Origin: Octopus sinensis
Taxonomy: Eukaryota
DNA: 64,000 nucleotides
Assembly: GCF_006345805.1 (NCBI RefSeq)
Contig: NC_043006.1
Coordinates: 310,001 to 374,000, forward strand
Reading direction: 5' to 3'
This document shows, in pieces, positions 13,931-26,903 of this stretch (positions are counted from its first letter, which is position 1; each line of letters begins with the position of its first letter). The notes below the pieces were generated by a model, which saw only the letters and a list, made by a program, of their open reading frames with translations, was not told the DNA's origin and did no database searches. The position numbers and the translations under genes were made by a program.

Positions 13931-16269
13931 TATTTCAGTCATCTCATCATCTTGGTCACGCTGCTTGCATGGATTCCCATGACTCTGTCGCTACCCCCGT
14001 CCACTGGTTGTGGGGGATAGTCCTCGGGCTTCAGTCATAGTGAATCTATCATCAGCTGATTACACAACCATGGCCTCCACTCCTGTGGATGCGTTGCAGT
14101 TACTCTCCTGATGGTGTTTGGTAATCCTGACCATTGATCTTCTAGGATTCCTCTGCTCAACGGATATTCAGTAATCTTACTGATTATCTACCAAAAAATA
14201 CATTTGGTATTTTCTGCAAATTCCTTTGTCTCAAAGTTGGCGAACCTCAACAAAAATTAGTTTCAAACCTGACATTCCTCATTAAAACATAGATTGTTAC
14301 ATAAAACTGCTTTCCACTTTTAAAAGTTGAGATTTTGAGTGGATAGACCTGATTTTTGCTGTAAAATGGTTAAATATATTTGTTATTTAAAAGTGGTAAG
14401 GATAGAAAAGAATGAAATGATTATTTATAATTCAAAAATCTTTTTCTTAATTATATTTTTATATATGATGAGAGTTGATAAGTTATCTGTGATTCTATCT
14501 AAGAAGCTTGCCATACCCTTGATTAAGTATATATGATTTCTTAGTGGTTTACAGCTAGGGCCCATATGGCCCCTGGGAGTTCATATAAGAAAGATTTTGT
14601 TAAAACTTATGTGCAACACATCGATTATACTTCTACAATACACAAGATATTTTAACTTCTTTTTTTAATGCAATTCCTTTTAGTATTTAAGTATAAAAAT
14701 ATAGTTTTTTAATGTCACTGGGATTTGCATTTCGAATGTGGAGAGGCAAGATCGAAATATTTAGCTGAAGAGGAGTTATTAAACTATTTAAATGACCACT
14801 TTCCAAAATATGCAAATTCTTCACACTTACTTACGTACAATATTGTACCTCGACCTCATAATTTCCTCATCACTGCTTTGGTAAGTTCCGTGGAGACTGA
14901 CACATGAGTTATCTCCCATTGTTGCTTCAGCTGTTAAACCAGCCATTACTCTTATATTTCTCTTTTCCTCACCGCACGATTATGTCTAATTAGATTTTCG
15001 ATGTTGTTCACTTGCTTTTATTGTCTTAACACTAATATTAACAAGTGTGATGAAAGCAGAGATAGTTTGACAGCAGGATGTTGAAAGCATCACCTTATGT
15101 GCTGCTATTTACTCAGGTAATGAAGGAACATATCCATAACAACTTTTATAAGCTGCTGCTACTAAGATAGATGTGATGCATTTAAGAGGGACAACATCAC
15201 AGACATCAAAATGATGGAGCAAGTTTTTGGAATTTAATCAGGACTGGCTGTAGAAGAGTCATAGATACCGTATTGCTAATGGAATCGTGACGTACATCTT
15301 CTACATTTAAGAATTTAAATAAAGTCACAAAATGCCTTTGAAATTGTCCAGTACATATTGTGTATTCTGGAAAGAAAACTGTCTTGTGGAAGGTATTTAC
15401 CACACCCTATGTTATGTATAATGATTTCACCAACATGAAAAGTAGCAGCAAAGTAGGTGAATAAATTTAGTGCTGAAGTAGGCATTTACTAAAGCGCTGG
15501 GTTAGCTTCTTGCTATTCCATAAAATTATTGAAGCAATAACACTGGAATTCAAGACTGAAGTCTTTGATTTTCAGTTTAACTCTTCTGATACCAACCCAC
15601 TTGAGACTGTTCCTTGTTTTATGATAACAAAATTCCTGCTTTAAAGTAATCTAAATTTAAGCTTTTTATCAAAATTCCACGATAATTTGTTTCAAACCAT
15701 CAGCTTAATAATAGCCAAGTTGTTTCATTATCTTCAAAATTAATAGGAATATGGTAACAAAAGGATGTTGGTTCTCAAAGCAGAATTTCTTTAATTTTCA
15801 ACCTTGCCGAAATAGCCAAATCTTCAAAGGAAATTCAAATGGCCACAAATTGCCTTGGCTGGCTCCCGTGCCGGTGGCACGTTAAAAGCTCAAACCGATT
15901 GTGGCCGATGCCAGACTTAGCTAGTAACAAAATGGCATTGTTCAATAGCCCTTCCCCCACGTAGGAAAGAAGTAATATGCTCATTGTACTCTGTACAGAC
16001 AATGAGAGCATGAAAGATGTTTTGTTTTTCCGGAAGACTGACAGAGAACCAGGATTTCAAATGCACTGGATGAAATGGGAATAGTTTGCATTAAGGACAC
16101 CTTTGAAATGGAGTCCGTGTGCTGCTCTGCTGGCTCTGATGGTGTTAAGTTTCAGTAACCTAGGTGATCTAATTCTTGTTGAAAATGGTTGTAGTGAGAG
16201 TACAGTGAGTAGAGAAGTGGTGTAGAGGCTGTTTACAGAGCTGTTATCTTTGTTGGCAAGAAAGGTTTC

Positions 16270-16314
<45 letters not shown>

Positions 16315-17239
16315 TAGAAGGAAGGAAGTCTATATGAAACGTATTTAAAAGTGATGCTGTATAGTACAGAGATACAGATACCAAAATGTGAAAGGTTTTC
16401 AAAACCTGGAGTGGAGGGAGTTAAATCTGAATCGGTTTAGATGTGAAATGTTTAATCTGTATGAAAGGTGGACTGCAATTAAGCTGCAAAAGCAACTGGT
16501 TTTGAAGGACACCAAGTCGAGTGTACAAAAACGACATCTGTGCTGGTATAAACAAAACAATGTGAATGGTCAATGGGTGCTACTTGAGAAAAATATCATG
16601 CACTGGCAGTGGAAGGTAATCAGGATGGAGAATTGAGGAGGACATGGGTAAGAAGAGGTGAAAGTTCTTCAAATGTTGAGCTTTACCGACAGACATTAAA
16701 ACAAAAATTATGATTTAGTCCGGCGTTTTACTACTTCCCTAAAACATACACACACACACACACACAATCAAGAAAACAAATTTTCTCTAGCTGCTAAATT
16801 ATGGATATAACTTTACTAATAATGTAAAGTAAGTATTTGTTCGTTTGTGACGTTGTCTTGGTTACCTCATTGATGTGGTTTGAATTTTTCAGATCACCTC
16901 ACTCTGTTGGTTGGTTTCCATTCTCACGTACATGCGTTCCACCATCCCACATGTTACGGTACACAAATATGGAAGTGCTCATTACATTTTCATGTTGAAA
17001 GTGTGTAGTCTTATATGTGTCAGTTTATATGAAATAGTGTCATTCCATCAAACAATGACTCGCATGAAACAACTATCAACAAAATAATAATATATATACA
17101 TACATATCTATCTGTCTATCTCTATCCATCCATCCATCCATGAAGAATTTTTACTAGATTTTTGCAGACTTTCAATTTTTTAAAAACATTTTTTTGCAGT
17201 TATCTGATAATACAGACATAGACTTGCCCAAATGCATCA

Positions 17240-17600
17240 ATAAATTAACATTGATTTTTTTTCACCGTTGTTACAATCATCTGAAATGGTACTGTCAAAG
17301 TGCGATGTTTGAGCAATCTTGCTATACAACTTCAAAAATGGACATAAAACAGCTGAAACTGCTCGTGATATCAATTAAATGTTTGGTGAAGAAATGACCA
17401 GTGAGTGGTCAGCTTGAAAATGGTTTAAATGATTTCACAGTGGAGACCTGAGCCTTGAAGATTGTGAGCGTAGTGGATGCCCATCTGTCATCAATGGTGA
17501 TCAATTAAAAAGACTGTCATTGAGAAAGATCCATGTAAAACCACTTGAGGACTGGCAAAAGGACTTTGAGTTAGCCAGAAAACTGCATGCGATCGGAATG
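17240..17600 (+). mobile_element. Mariner 5' (HTH) fragment
   Basis: TAETARDIN..FGEEMT..W..WF..F.SGDLSLED.ERSG.P. Confidence 0.75.
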
Positions 17601-18009
17601 ACATTCTAAAAATTAACAATCACATCATTGAAATCTCAATGCTACACGATAATGCTTGATTAATTGCAAAGAATTGGAATAGTGAGAGTGACAAAGGAAT
17701 AAGAATTACAGCTGACAACATAATCTGAATGTTCAAGGGTTCATATACAGCTTAAGCCCTTATCTACACACACACACGTGCACCCACGATGGAAATTTCA
17801 GCTCAAACATTTTTCCAATTATAGCTATTTGTGTGAGTGTATGCCCACATGCATTCTCAAGATGATTTCTCTGCAGTGTTTTAAAATTACTCAACAAGTT
17901 AAAACTACTTTCTCTTCAAGCTATTCCCTTCTCTTTGAAAGACCTGAGCATTGCAGGTTAATGAAACAATTTTCCATATATGTGTGTGTGTGGGTGTGTC
18001 TATGATACG

Positions 18010-18054
<45 letters not shown>

Positions 18055-18762
18055 ATCACTTGACCGACCAGACCATCAGATGTTGTTACACATCACTGGT
18101 CACAATGCGCTTCGAATTGTTCTTAGCCTTCGAACGACGCCACCCCGCTGGCTAAGCAAGCAGGCCAACAGAAGAAAGAGTGGTGAATGAGTACAGCAGG
18201 GATCACCACCCCCTGCTGGAGCCTTGTGGAGCTTTTAGGTGTTTTTGCTCAATAAACACTCACAACGCCCGGTCTGGGAATCGAAACCGCGATCCTCCGA
18301 CCACGAGTCTGCTACCCTAACCACTGGGCCATTGCGCCTCCACACATATATATATATATACACGTATCACATTCTGTTTAACTGTTGTTGCTTACGGGCT
18401 TGTCCTTGGTTCATTGCATTTGCAATAGTCAGAGTGACAAGGGATTGTCTGCGAAATTTGAATAGAACCAACACTACAAGGTATTTGGAGCCCTTGTTTT
18501 ATTGGTTTTCCTCGCCAATGTACATCGATATAAGACATATTTATATATGTCAGTCTTCCACACAGTTTCCACCAGCAAATTCCACTGGTAAAGGCATTAG
18601 TCAACCAGATGTTATGGTTGAAGACACTTTCTGAAGATGCCATGTGGCGAGATTGAACTTGAAACCATGTGGTTGCAAAACACACTTCTCAACCACAGAG
18701 CCGTGTTTGTACACCACACAATAATGCAATATTTCTGGTGTTTATAATTGCAAACTGTACTT

Positions 18763-18940
18763 CTCTTTACTCTTTTACTTGTTTCAGTCATTTGACTGCG
18801 CCTTTAGTCGAGCAAATCGACCCCGGGACTTATTCTTTGTAAGCCCAGTACTTATTCTATCGGTCTCTTTTGCCGAACCGCTAAGTGGCGGGGACGTAAA
18901 CACACCAGCATCGGCTGTCAAGCAATGCTAGCGGGGACAA

Positions 18941-18995
<55 letters not shown>

Positions 18996-19161
18996 CATAT
19001 ATACGACAGGCTTCTTTCAGTTTCCGTCAACCAAATCCACTCACAAGGCATTGGTCGGCCTGGGGCTATAGCAGAAGACACTTGCCCAAGGTGCCATGCA
19101 GTGGGACTGAACCCGGAACTATGTGGTTGGTTAGCAAGCTACTTACCACACAGCCACTCCT
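18763..19161 (-). mobile_element. SINE family A, upstream of exon 2b, antisense
   Basis: Reverse complement of the family A consensus with central (CA)n(TA)n. Confidence 0.9.
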
Positions 19162-19514
19162 TCGTAGAATTTATTTTCAAGTTACACAATTTAGACAATC
19201 AAAAATTAAGAGCAACAGAGAAGGGAATTGCCCCCTTTTTTATTTAGCCAGTGGACCCATATACCCTGTATATATATATATATATTAAACACAAACCTGC
19301 TTACACACGCATTGGCACATGGCCAGACAATTGTGCACACAAAAGCACACGAAGCACATTTTCATTAGTCTTTCCATAAATCACATCAATGCGTTTTCCT
19401 TTTTCTTGCATCAATCACCATCACTCCTATCTATCATGCATGTCTGTTTAGTATATATAGTTACTTAGTACCTACTTAATCTAGAACATCTCCTCCTCCC
19501 TGCTGTCTTCTCAG

Positions 19515-19576
19515 GATTGACACCAACCGCAGTGGCGATATCTCTGGTTTTGAGCTTCAGCGAGCACTCTCTAATG
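19515..19576 (+). CDS. PDCD6: PDCD6/ALG-2 alternative exon 2b (paralogue of exon 2a; (R)IDTNRSGDISGFELQRALSN(G))
   Basis: ctcctcctccctgctgtcttctcag|G ATT GAC ACC AAC...TCT AAT G|gtaagc; exactly 62 nt, same phases as 2a; 12/20 aa and 37/62 nt identical to 2a; EF loop DTNRSGDISGFE. Confidence 0.88.
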
Positions 19577-19766
19577 GTAAGCACTATTGCAATATTTATT
19601 AAGGACACTCAGTTCTTTGTTTTCTTCTTTCATTCTGATTCCCTGGGTAGTGTGGGTGGGGGGTTGCCGTTCCCATTGTTCACCCTCTTGCTAGTCGTTC
19701 ACTCCTCTTTATCACCATGCTACACACTGTCCCAGCATTTATTTATAGTAGTAGTAGTACATGTGT

Positions 19767-20070
19767 AGGCGCAGGAGTGGCTGTGTGGTAAGTAGCTTGT
19801 TTACCAACCACATGGTCCCGGGTTCAGTCCCATTACGTGGCACCTTGGGCAAGTGCCTTCTACTATAGCATCGGGCCGACCAAAGCCTTGTGAGTGGATT
19901 TGGTTGACGGAAACTGAAAGAAGCCCGTCACATATATATATATATATACGGCAAGAGACCGATAGAATAAGTACTGGGCTTACAAAGAATAAGTCCCGGG
20001 GTCGAGTTGCTCGATTAAAGGTGGTGCTCCAGCATGGCCGCAGTCAAATGACTGAAATAAGTAAAAGAGT
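19767..20070 (+). mobile_element. SINE family A, downstream of exon 2b, sense
   Basis: GGCGCAGGAGTGGCTGTGTGGTAAG head to AAGTAAAAGAG tail; deletion after the central (TA)n. Confidence 0.9.
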
Positions 20071-20129
20071 ATGTGTGTGTGTTGGTGTGTGGTGGGAAGA
20101 GATAGAAGCTACTCCACTTAATATTGCTT

Positions 20130-20505
20130 TTGAATTTTGGCACAAGGCCAGCAATTTCAGGAGAGGGGCTAAGTTGATTATATTGACCCTAGTGTTCAAT
20201 TGGTATTATAACGACTCTGAAAGGATGATAAGCTAAGTTGACCTTGGCAGAATTTGAACTCAGAACCTGTAGACAGACGAACTGCTGCCTTATCTCCACT
20301 TAATATTCACTGCGCTAAGGCAGCGAGCTGGCAGAAACATTAGCACACCAGGCGAAGTGCTTAGTGGTATTTTGTCTGTCTTTATGTTCTGAGTTCAAAT
20401 TCCATCAAGGTTGACTTTGCCTTCCGTCCTTTCCGGGTCGATAAATTAAGTACCACTTGCATTCTGGCATCGATCTAATCAACTGAAAAAAAAAAATTTC
20501 GGGCC
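20130..20505. mobile_element. Head-to-head inverted pair of family B SINEs (others at about 27600-27735, 29540-29690, 34700-34880, 53730-53875, 62640-62830)
   Basis: AAGTTGACCTTGGCAGAATTTGAACTCAGAAC (about 20235-20268) pairs with GTTCTGAGTTCAAATTCCATCAAGGTTGACTT (about 20387-20418). Confidence 0.8.
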
Positions 20506-21661
20506 TTGTGTTTAGAGTGGAAAAGAATATTCCCTATGCTTTGGAGATGCTCATTTAACCAGTTTAATTGCTTGCAAACATAGTAATGATTCATTTGTCT
20601 AACTAGCTGTGCATAAGCGCTCATAGACTGTACTTATTTGCCCACTGGTATCTATTTGAGTGTGTATACAGGCGAATAAGTTTGTTTTCTGCAGAAATGG
20701 AAGTGTAAAGGAAAGAAGTCAAGAAGGAGGCACTGCTTAACTTCTTTAAAATTTATTTAGAGGTACTTAATGGTTTCGTAAATCTCACCATTTTCAAAAG
20801 AAGTGAAATACGGAGTCCTAGACCGTTACTCTATTCTAAACTTATAGTGGGTGTTTATCACAGTTAGGTTGCGTGACAGCCATATCAAAATTGACGGCCC
20901 TGATTGTTAAAGAAAGCTGCCTGTCTGAGTTTATGCTTCATTGCCTTTTGTTTCTGTGAGAAGAATGCAATCAAGCATGAACTTATGCAGCTGGTGCCCT
21001 CAATCAAATCTGAGGAACACCAACCACTTTACAGTGTGTGCTTGATGCATTTTTCATGGCACTAGGATTAGTGAGGGCACCATGCAGCTTGCAAGACTAT
21101 GAACCCTGAGGGGGCAGCTTTATGCTTGGAGATAAAGGGTAAATGTATGAAAGAAGGACCTGTAATAGAACAAAAGTAGTGATGAGGTTTCTAGGTAGGC
21201 CCTTAAGATATGAGGTGGGTTGAAGTGAGAACAGGCTCGTGGGTGGAGGTTGTAAGAGACTGAAGGAGTGGGAGATAGGCTGTATCTCTTTCCCCACTAG
21301 TATCTACTTATGTGTATCTGAAATTAATGTATGTATATATATAATAATTATTTGAGGGAATATTATTCCTAACTTACAGGGAAAAATTCAATTTAGAAAT
21401 ACTAAATCAAATTTCACAAAATATAATATATATATAAAAATTAGGAAAAAAACACCTTTTATCAATTCAAAATGCACAATTAAATTACACCATCTAGAAA
21501 ATTACATATAATAGAAATATTAAAATTACAATAATAAACCAAAGATTAAGTAAATTGCAAAAAAATGATAAAATAAAAAAAAATAATAAAAATAATACCA
21601 AATATATACGTTATTATTTTTTTGCAATTTACTTAATCTTCGGTATATTATTGTTATTTTA

Positions 21662-21704
<43 letters not shown>

Positions 21705-23089
21705 TTTCAGTCATTAGACTGCAACCATGCTGGGGCACCATCTTGAAGCATTTTAGTTGAGTGAATTGACTACCCCCACCCCCTGTCCTTTTTTTTTTAA
21801 ACCTGGTACTTATTCTATCAGTCTCTTTTGCAGAACCACTAAGTCATGTGGACATAAATACACCAACACTGGTTGTTAAGCAGTGATGGGGGACAAACAC
21901 ATACACACATAGATAGAAATATATATATATATATATGATGAATTTCTTTCAGTTTCTGTCTACCAAATCCACTCACAAGGCTTTGGTTAGCCCAGGGTGC
22001 CACTTTATATCTATATATATATATATATATACATACATACACCTAACAAGACTGACTAATTGATCTCAGTTGACAGGAGTATTCATGGATATATTCTAGA
22101 ATTTCGTTTTTATATAAAGGGTCTGGATATACTGCTTGATATTGACTCTAATTTTTCTTTCCCCTTTTCATAAGTGACACAGGTCTCTACAATACATCCA
22201 TAAAACCTTCGGTCACCTGCAATCAATTATTCAAAGCCTTGTCTAAAACACTTCCATTACACTATCAAATCTCGGTTAATGAGCAGATTTGTTATCATTT
22301 GAAACATTCAGTTTTCCTTGCTTGCATGGGTTGCACACTTTGAGGTAAATTTTCTAGATGCCCTTCCCGTCACCAACCCTCACATGTTTCCAACCGAGGT
22401 AATATTTCCTCTGTGGCCAGATATGTTTACGCAGAATATTGGAAATGAACGACACTGCACGTATGACAGTGATACTCGTTTACAGGTGTTATGTAATGCC
22501 AAAACGAGGAGTCAGAAACACACACATGATAGACTTCTATTCCCATCTACCAATTCCACTCACAAAGCTTTAGTCATTTTGGGGCTATAGTAGAAGACAC
22601 TTGCCCAAGGTACCGCACAGTGAGACTGAACCTAAAAGCATGAAATTGGGAAACAATTTCTTAACCATACAGCCGCACCTCCAATATTTCTTTCGTTTAA
22701 AAATGCCTCCAGAGATTTTTTATAGCTAATAACTCATTATATTTCCCCATACAATTCCTCACCCCCACCCACCAAAAAACCCCCCCATTTTTTTCCATGT
22801 ATGCAATATTGTATCAAATTTTTTCCCTGTATTTATATTTCAATGATTTAGAAGATTCTGTAGAAAAATATTCCTGAATTTGTTCAGCTTCATTATTTAT
22901 ATTATTTTATTACACTCTCCATCTTGTATTGAGTTCTTTATAAATATTGTACAATTGTGTGTGTATGTGTTTGTGTGTGTGTGTGTGAGAGAGAAAGAGA
23001 GAGCATGAATGGATTCTGCTGAAGGTAATGCAATAGTGTGTATTACCTTTTTATTAACTGACAGGTAATTTTAAATTGCACATGTTGGT

Positions 23090-23500
23090 AGGGTATAACT
23101 CTTCTATAAAAAGTTTCTACTCAACATAGTCCTTATCACAAGCAGTGCATTTGCACCATTGTTGAACCCAACTCTCAAATCTGCTTTGAAAAAAATTCAT
23201 TTGCTCATTATTGTGCCCCCTTCTTCATAGACACTTTCATTTCATCTACATCATCAAATTGTAGTCCCCGAAGTCTGTCCTTCATTAGCCTGAATAAGTA
23301 GACGTTAGAGAGCACCAGGTCCAAGCTTTATGGTACCACTGACCAGCTCAATTTGCTGATTGCCTGATTTGTTGCCAAAAGTATGTGGTTGTGTATTTTC
23401 ATGGAAAATGTGATCATTCTCTGCTTCTTGTTCAGTTTCTTTCTCCTAATGGCTTCTGTAAGCTTTTGAGTTTTTCAATGTACTGCTCACTGATCATGGT
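23090..23500 (-). mobile_element. Old mariner 3' fragment (matching 5' HTH piece probably at 24651-24840 -)
   Basis: YLFRLMKDRLRGLQFDDVDEMK on the minus strand; 24651-24840 reads QCTIIEFL...IYRRL. Confidence 0.6.
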
Positions 23501-23765
23501 TCAACCATGTTAAAAAAAAAGCCCCCAAAAATCAAGGAGACTGATGCATGATGCCCTTGTCTTCCCTAGAAGGTCACCGTGATTTCTGTACTTGTCATTA
23601 ACTCTTGCTCTTGAACTTTTTCTACCTTGAGAAAAATAAAGGATGTGACATTATATCATGGACTGAGCCATCATCCCTGAATCACAAAGACCCTGTCACC
23701 AGATCAGAGAGACAAAAATATGCCTTCATTAGCTTTGAACTCTTCCAGCATATCAGTGCAGGCTT

Positions 23766-24125
23766 CCATCATCATCATCATCGTTTAACGTCCACTTTCT
23801 ATGCTAGCATGGGTTGGACGATTTTGACTGAGGTCTGGCAAACCAGACAGCCGCACCAGGCTCCAGTCTTGATCTGGCAGTTTCTACAGCTGGATGCCCT
23901 TCCTAATGCCAACCACTCCGAGAGTAGTTGGTGCTTTTTATGTGCCACCGGCACGGGGCCAGTCAGGCGATACTGGCAACAACCTCATTCGAATCTTTTT
24001 ACACATGCCACCGGCACAGGTGCCAGTAAGGCAACGTTGGTAATGATCACGCTCGAATGGTGCCCTTTTACGTGCCACCGGCATGGAGCCAGTTGGCTGC
24101 TCTGGCAATGATCACGCTCAGATGG
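23766..24125 (-). mobile_element. RTE-tail-like short retroelement
   Basis: Same (CAT)n/CGTTTAACGTCC end and GTGCCACCGGCAC units. Confidence 0.85.
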
Positions 24126-24910
24126 TGCTCTTTATCTTAAATTGGATGTCAACTGCCAAGGTACCCCACGTTGCAGACATACACTTTGGCTATCAGAAAC
24201 GGTACCCTGCGTTTTCCACTATCTTCTGCAATGCATTGTCATCTCAGTCCAACCTGTGTAGCAAACTCACAGATTGTGATTCCTCTGCCTATGCAAATTA
24301 ATTCATCTTCTTGCTGCCAATCCATATTGGTTGTTGCAGGTGATGGTCTCTCACTCTGTAGTTTATTCTCAATTTTGGTTTCCTCTTCTTTAATCCCTTA
24401 GCATTCAAAATGGCCATGTTCAGCCAAAATACACTCCCTTTCTTACATTCAAACTGGCCAGATCCAGCCTTTCACATCTTTGCAATGTCGTTCTAAAAAT
24501 TAATCCCATCTTTGAAATCTCAAAGATCAATTTTTAAAAGTTATGACTAAATGGCAATGCCCCAGCATGGCCACAGCTCGTAAGCTGAAACTAGTTCAAT
24601 TCAATTCGAATAAATATTACATTTGACAAAAAAATCTGATTGCTAAAGGGTCAAACTTCATCTTGTCTGTGCACACTGCTCTTATGAATGGTGTTATCTC
24701 TATAAGAAACATGTAGCCTCCTGTAGATGTCAGACATTTTGTACCATTCCTCTGTCAAGAACTCAATGATTGTACACTGCTTCTGCTTATGAAACCCATT
24801 ATTTGTCTTCAATGAAGAACAAGAAGAGTTACTATACAGGAAAATTACTCTACCAACATGTGCTATTTGAATAATCAATGTCAATTAATACAAATTAATA
24901 CCGACTTTTG

Positions 24911-26152
24911 TATCAGGTCGTTAAGAACGGAAAGTCCGATGTTCTTCTGCACCAAGTTTGACAGTCATTAACTCTAATGTTTTATCCTGACAATTAATGG
25001 TGTCTGATTATATTGTCTGTTTTCTCTTGTAAATTAATTTTTGTTAACCCATGGATATATCAAAAATTCATGTTGTTTACAAATATGAGTTTCGTTGTGG
25101 AACCAGTGCATCCCAGACAGCTCGAAACATCAATGAGGTGTTTGGTGAAAATGTGGTGAATGAGCGCACTTTATGTAGATGATTTAAGAAGTTCCGGTCT
25201 GGTGACTTTACTCTTGAAAATCAGCCCTGTGGTAAACCTGAGACTAAGGTGGATAGTGATGAGCTGGAAACTGTAGTAGAAGCGGATACATCTCAAACTA
25301 TGTGTGAGTTAGCAGCGAGGTTTGATGTTTCAATTCCAACTGTATTTATTGACCATCTGAAACAAATCAGCAAGATAAAGAAGCTGGACATGTGGGTACC
25401 ACACGAACTGAACAAGCATCAAATGACATGTCGTCTTGAAACTTGCTGTTCTTTGCTGTTACAGCATAAAAGCGAATCATTTTTGCATCGTATTGTTACG
25501 TGTGATGAAAAGTGGATTCTTTTCAAAAAAAGAAAAATGGATTATTTTCAAAAATAGCAAGTGTTCTGCACAGTGGTTGGATAGAGAAGTGCCAAAACAC
25601 AAAAAGAATATTCACTAAAATAAGCTAATGGTGTCTATTTGGTGAGCCAGTCTTGGTATCATCCACTACAGCTTCACAAGACCTGCTAAGTTAATTATAG
25701 CAGATGTATACATCAACCAACTGGATGAAATGATGTGTGAACTTGCAATTAAACAACCAAGATTGGTCAATAGAGACAGGCCAGTTCTCTTGCAAGACAA
25801 TGCTTGACCACATGTTACACAAAGAATGCTGCCCAAGTTACTGAACTTGGACGTACTCTGTCATCCACCAGACTTGGCACCAACTGACTGTCACCTTTTC
25901 CAGGCATTAGACAACTTTTTGCAAGGAAAAAAACTTCAAATCTGAAGAAGATGCAAAAACAGCCTTCCATGATTTCATCACCTCTTGCTCTCCAGAATTC
26001 TTCACTGCCAGCATAATTAGCTACTGATAAAATGGTAAAATTGTGTTGATAATTTAGGTGCACACTTGGATTAACTGCTTTACATTTTGTTGAGATAAAG
26101 TAAAATAAGCTTTCAGTTCCAAATTGGACATTTCATTCTTCATGGCCTGATA
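24911..26152 (+). mobile_element. Full-length decayed mariner element
   Basis: Imperfect ~30-bp TIRs (TATCAGGTCGTTAAGAACGG... / ...TTCTTCATGGCCTGATA); transposase motifs WVPHEL and VTCDEKW, then LLQDNA; many stops/frameshifts. Confidence 0.9.
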
Positions 26153-26903
26153 TTACTCTCAGTGCAGTCTTTGTGTGTGTGTGTGTGTCTGGAGGGAGAG
26201 AGAGAATTTGTTATCTCGTCAGAACAGTAATCTACTAACTAGACATGATTATGTTCCTTGTGTTTAAGGCCCGGTGTTTTAGATTCCTTAGTTTCCAAGC
26301 ATTCTTACTTGTACCTCACCTTTTAATCTTTATCCCCTTTATCCTGTCTCTCTCAAATATTAAAATTGATTTAATATCTATTTTAGGTTTTTCTAATTTT
26401 TTTTTCTTAAAACTATTGGCAAATTAGTGTTAACCTATTAAATGCCTGACCAGAAATAATTATACTGGGATAGGAAAAACAATATTAGTTGACTGATATT
26501 GTTTTAATATTTTTATTAGATTTTGATAAAAATGTGTTAAGTTGTATTTAAACTGAGCAGAATCTGTCAACTAAATTAATGTAGTTTTTTTAAGGAGATT
26601 TGATCTTTTGAATTCCAAAAGTTGGTCCAACTTAACCCTTCTATTACTATATTTCTGTTGAAATTCACTTTGTCTCAATTAATTGAAAACAATAAAAAAT
26701 TTAGTAAATTAACTTCATTGATGTTAAGCTGGTTTATACAATTTGAATTAAAGTGAATTTGTAATGGAATTTTTATCCCTTTTGTTACCATATTTCTGTT
26801 GAAATACACTGCCTTTCTTCCAGTCAATTTTGAAAATAATGTAAAATTAAGAAAATATGTCTTTATTAAGCTGTTGTTTAGAATGTTAAGTGATATGAAA
26901 TTT

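Noticed and set aside
16793-16830. 38-nt candidate micro-exon (ctctag|...|gtaagt) with phase-2 end that could join exon 2b
   Set aside because: Peptide LLNYGYNFTNNV does not resemble the ALG-2 E1 helix; splice-like motifs of this quality occur by chance in 10 kb
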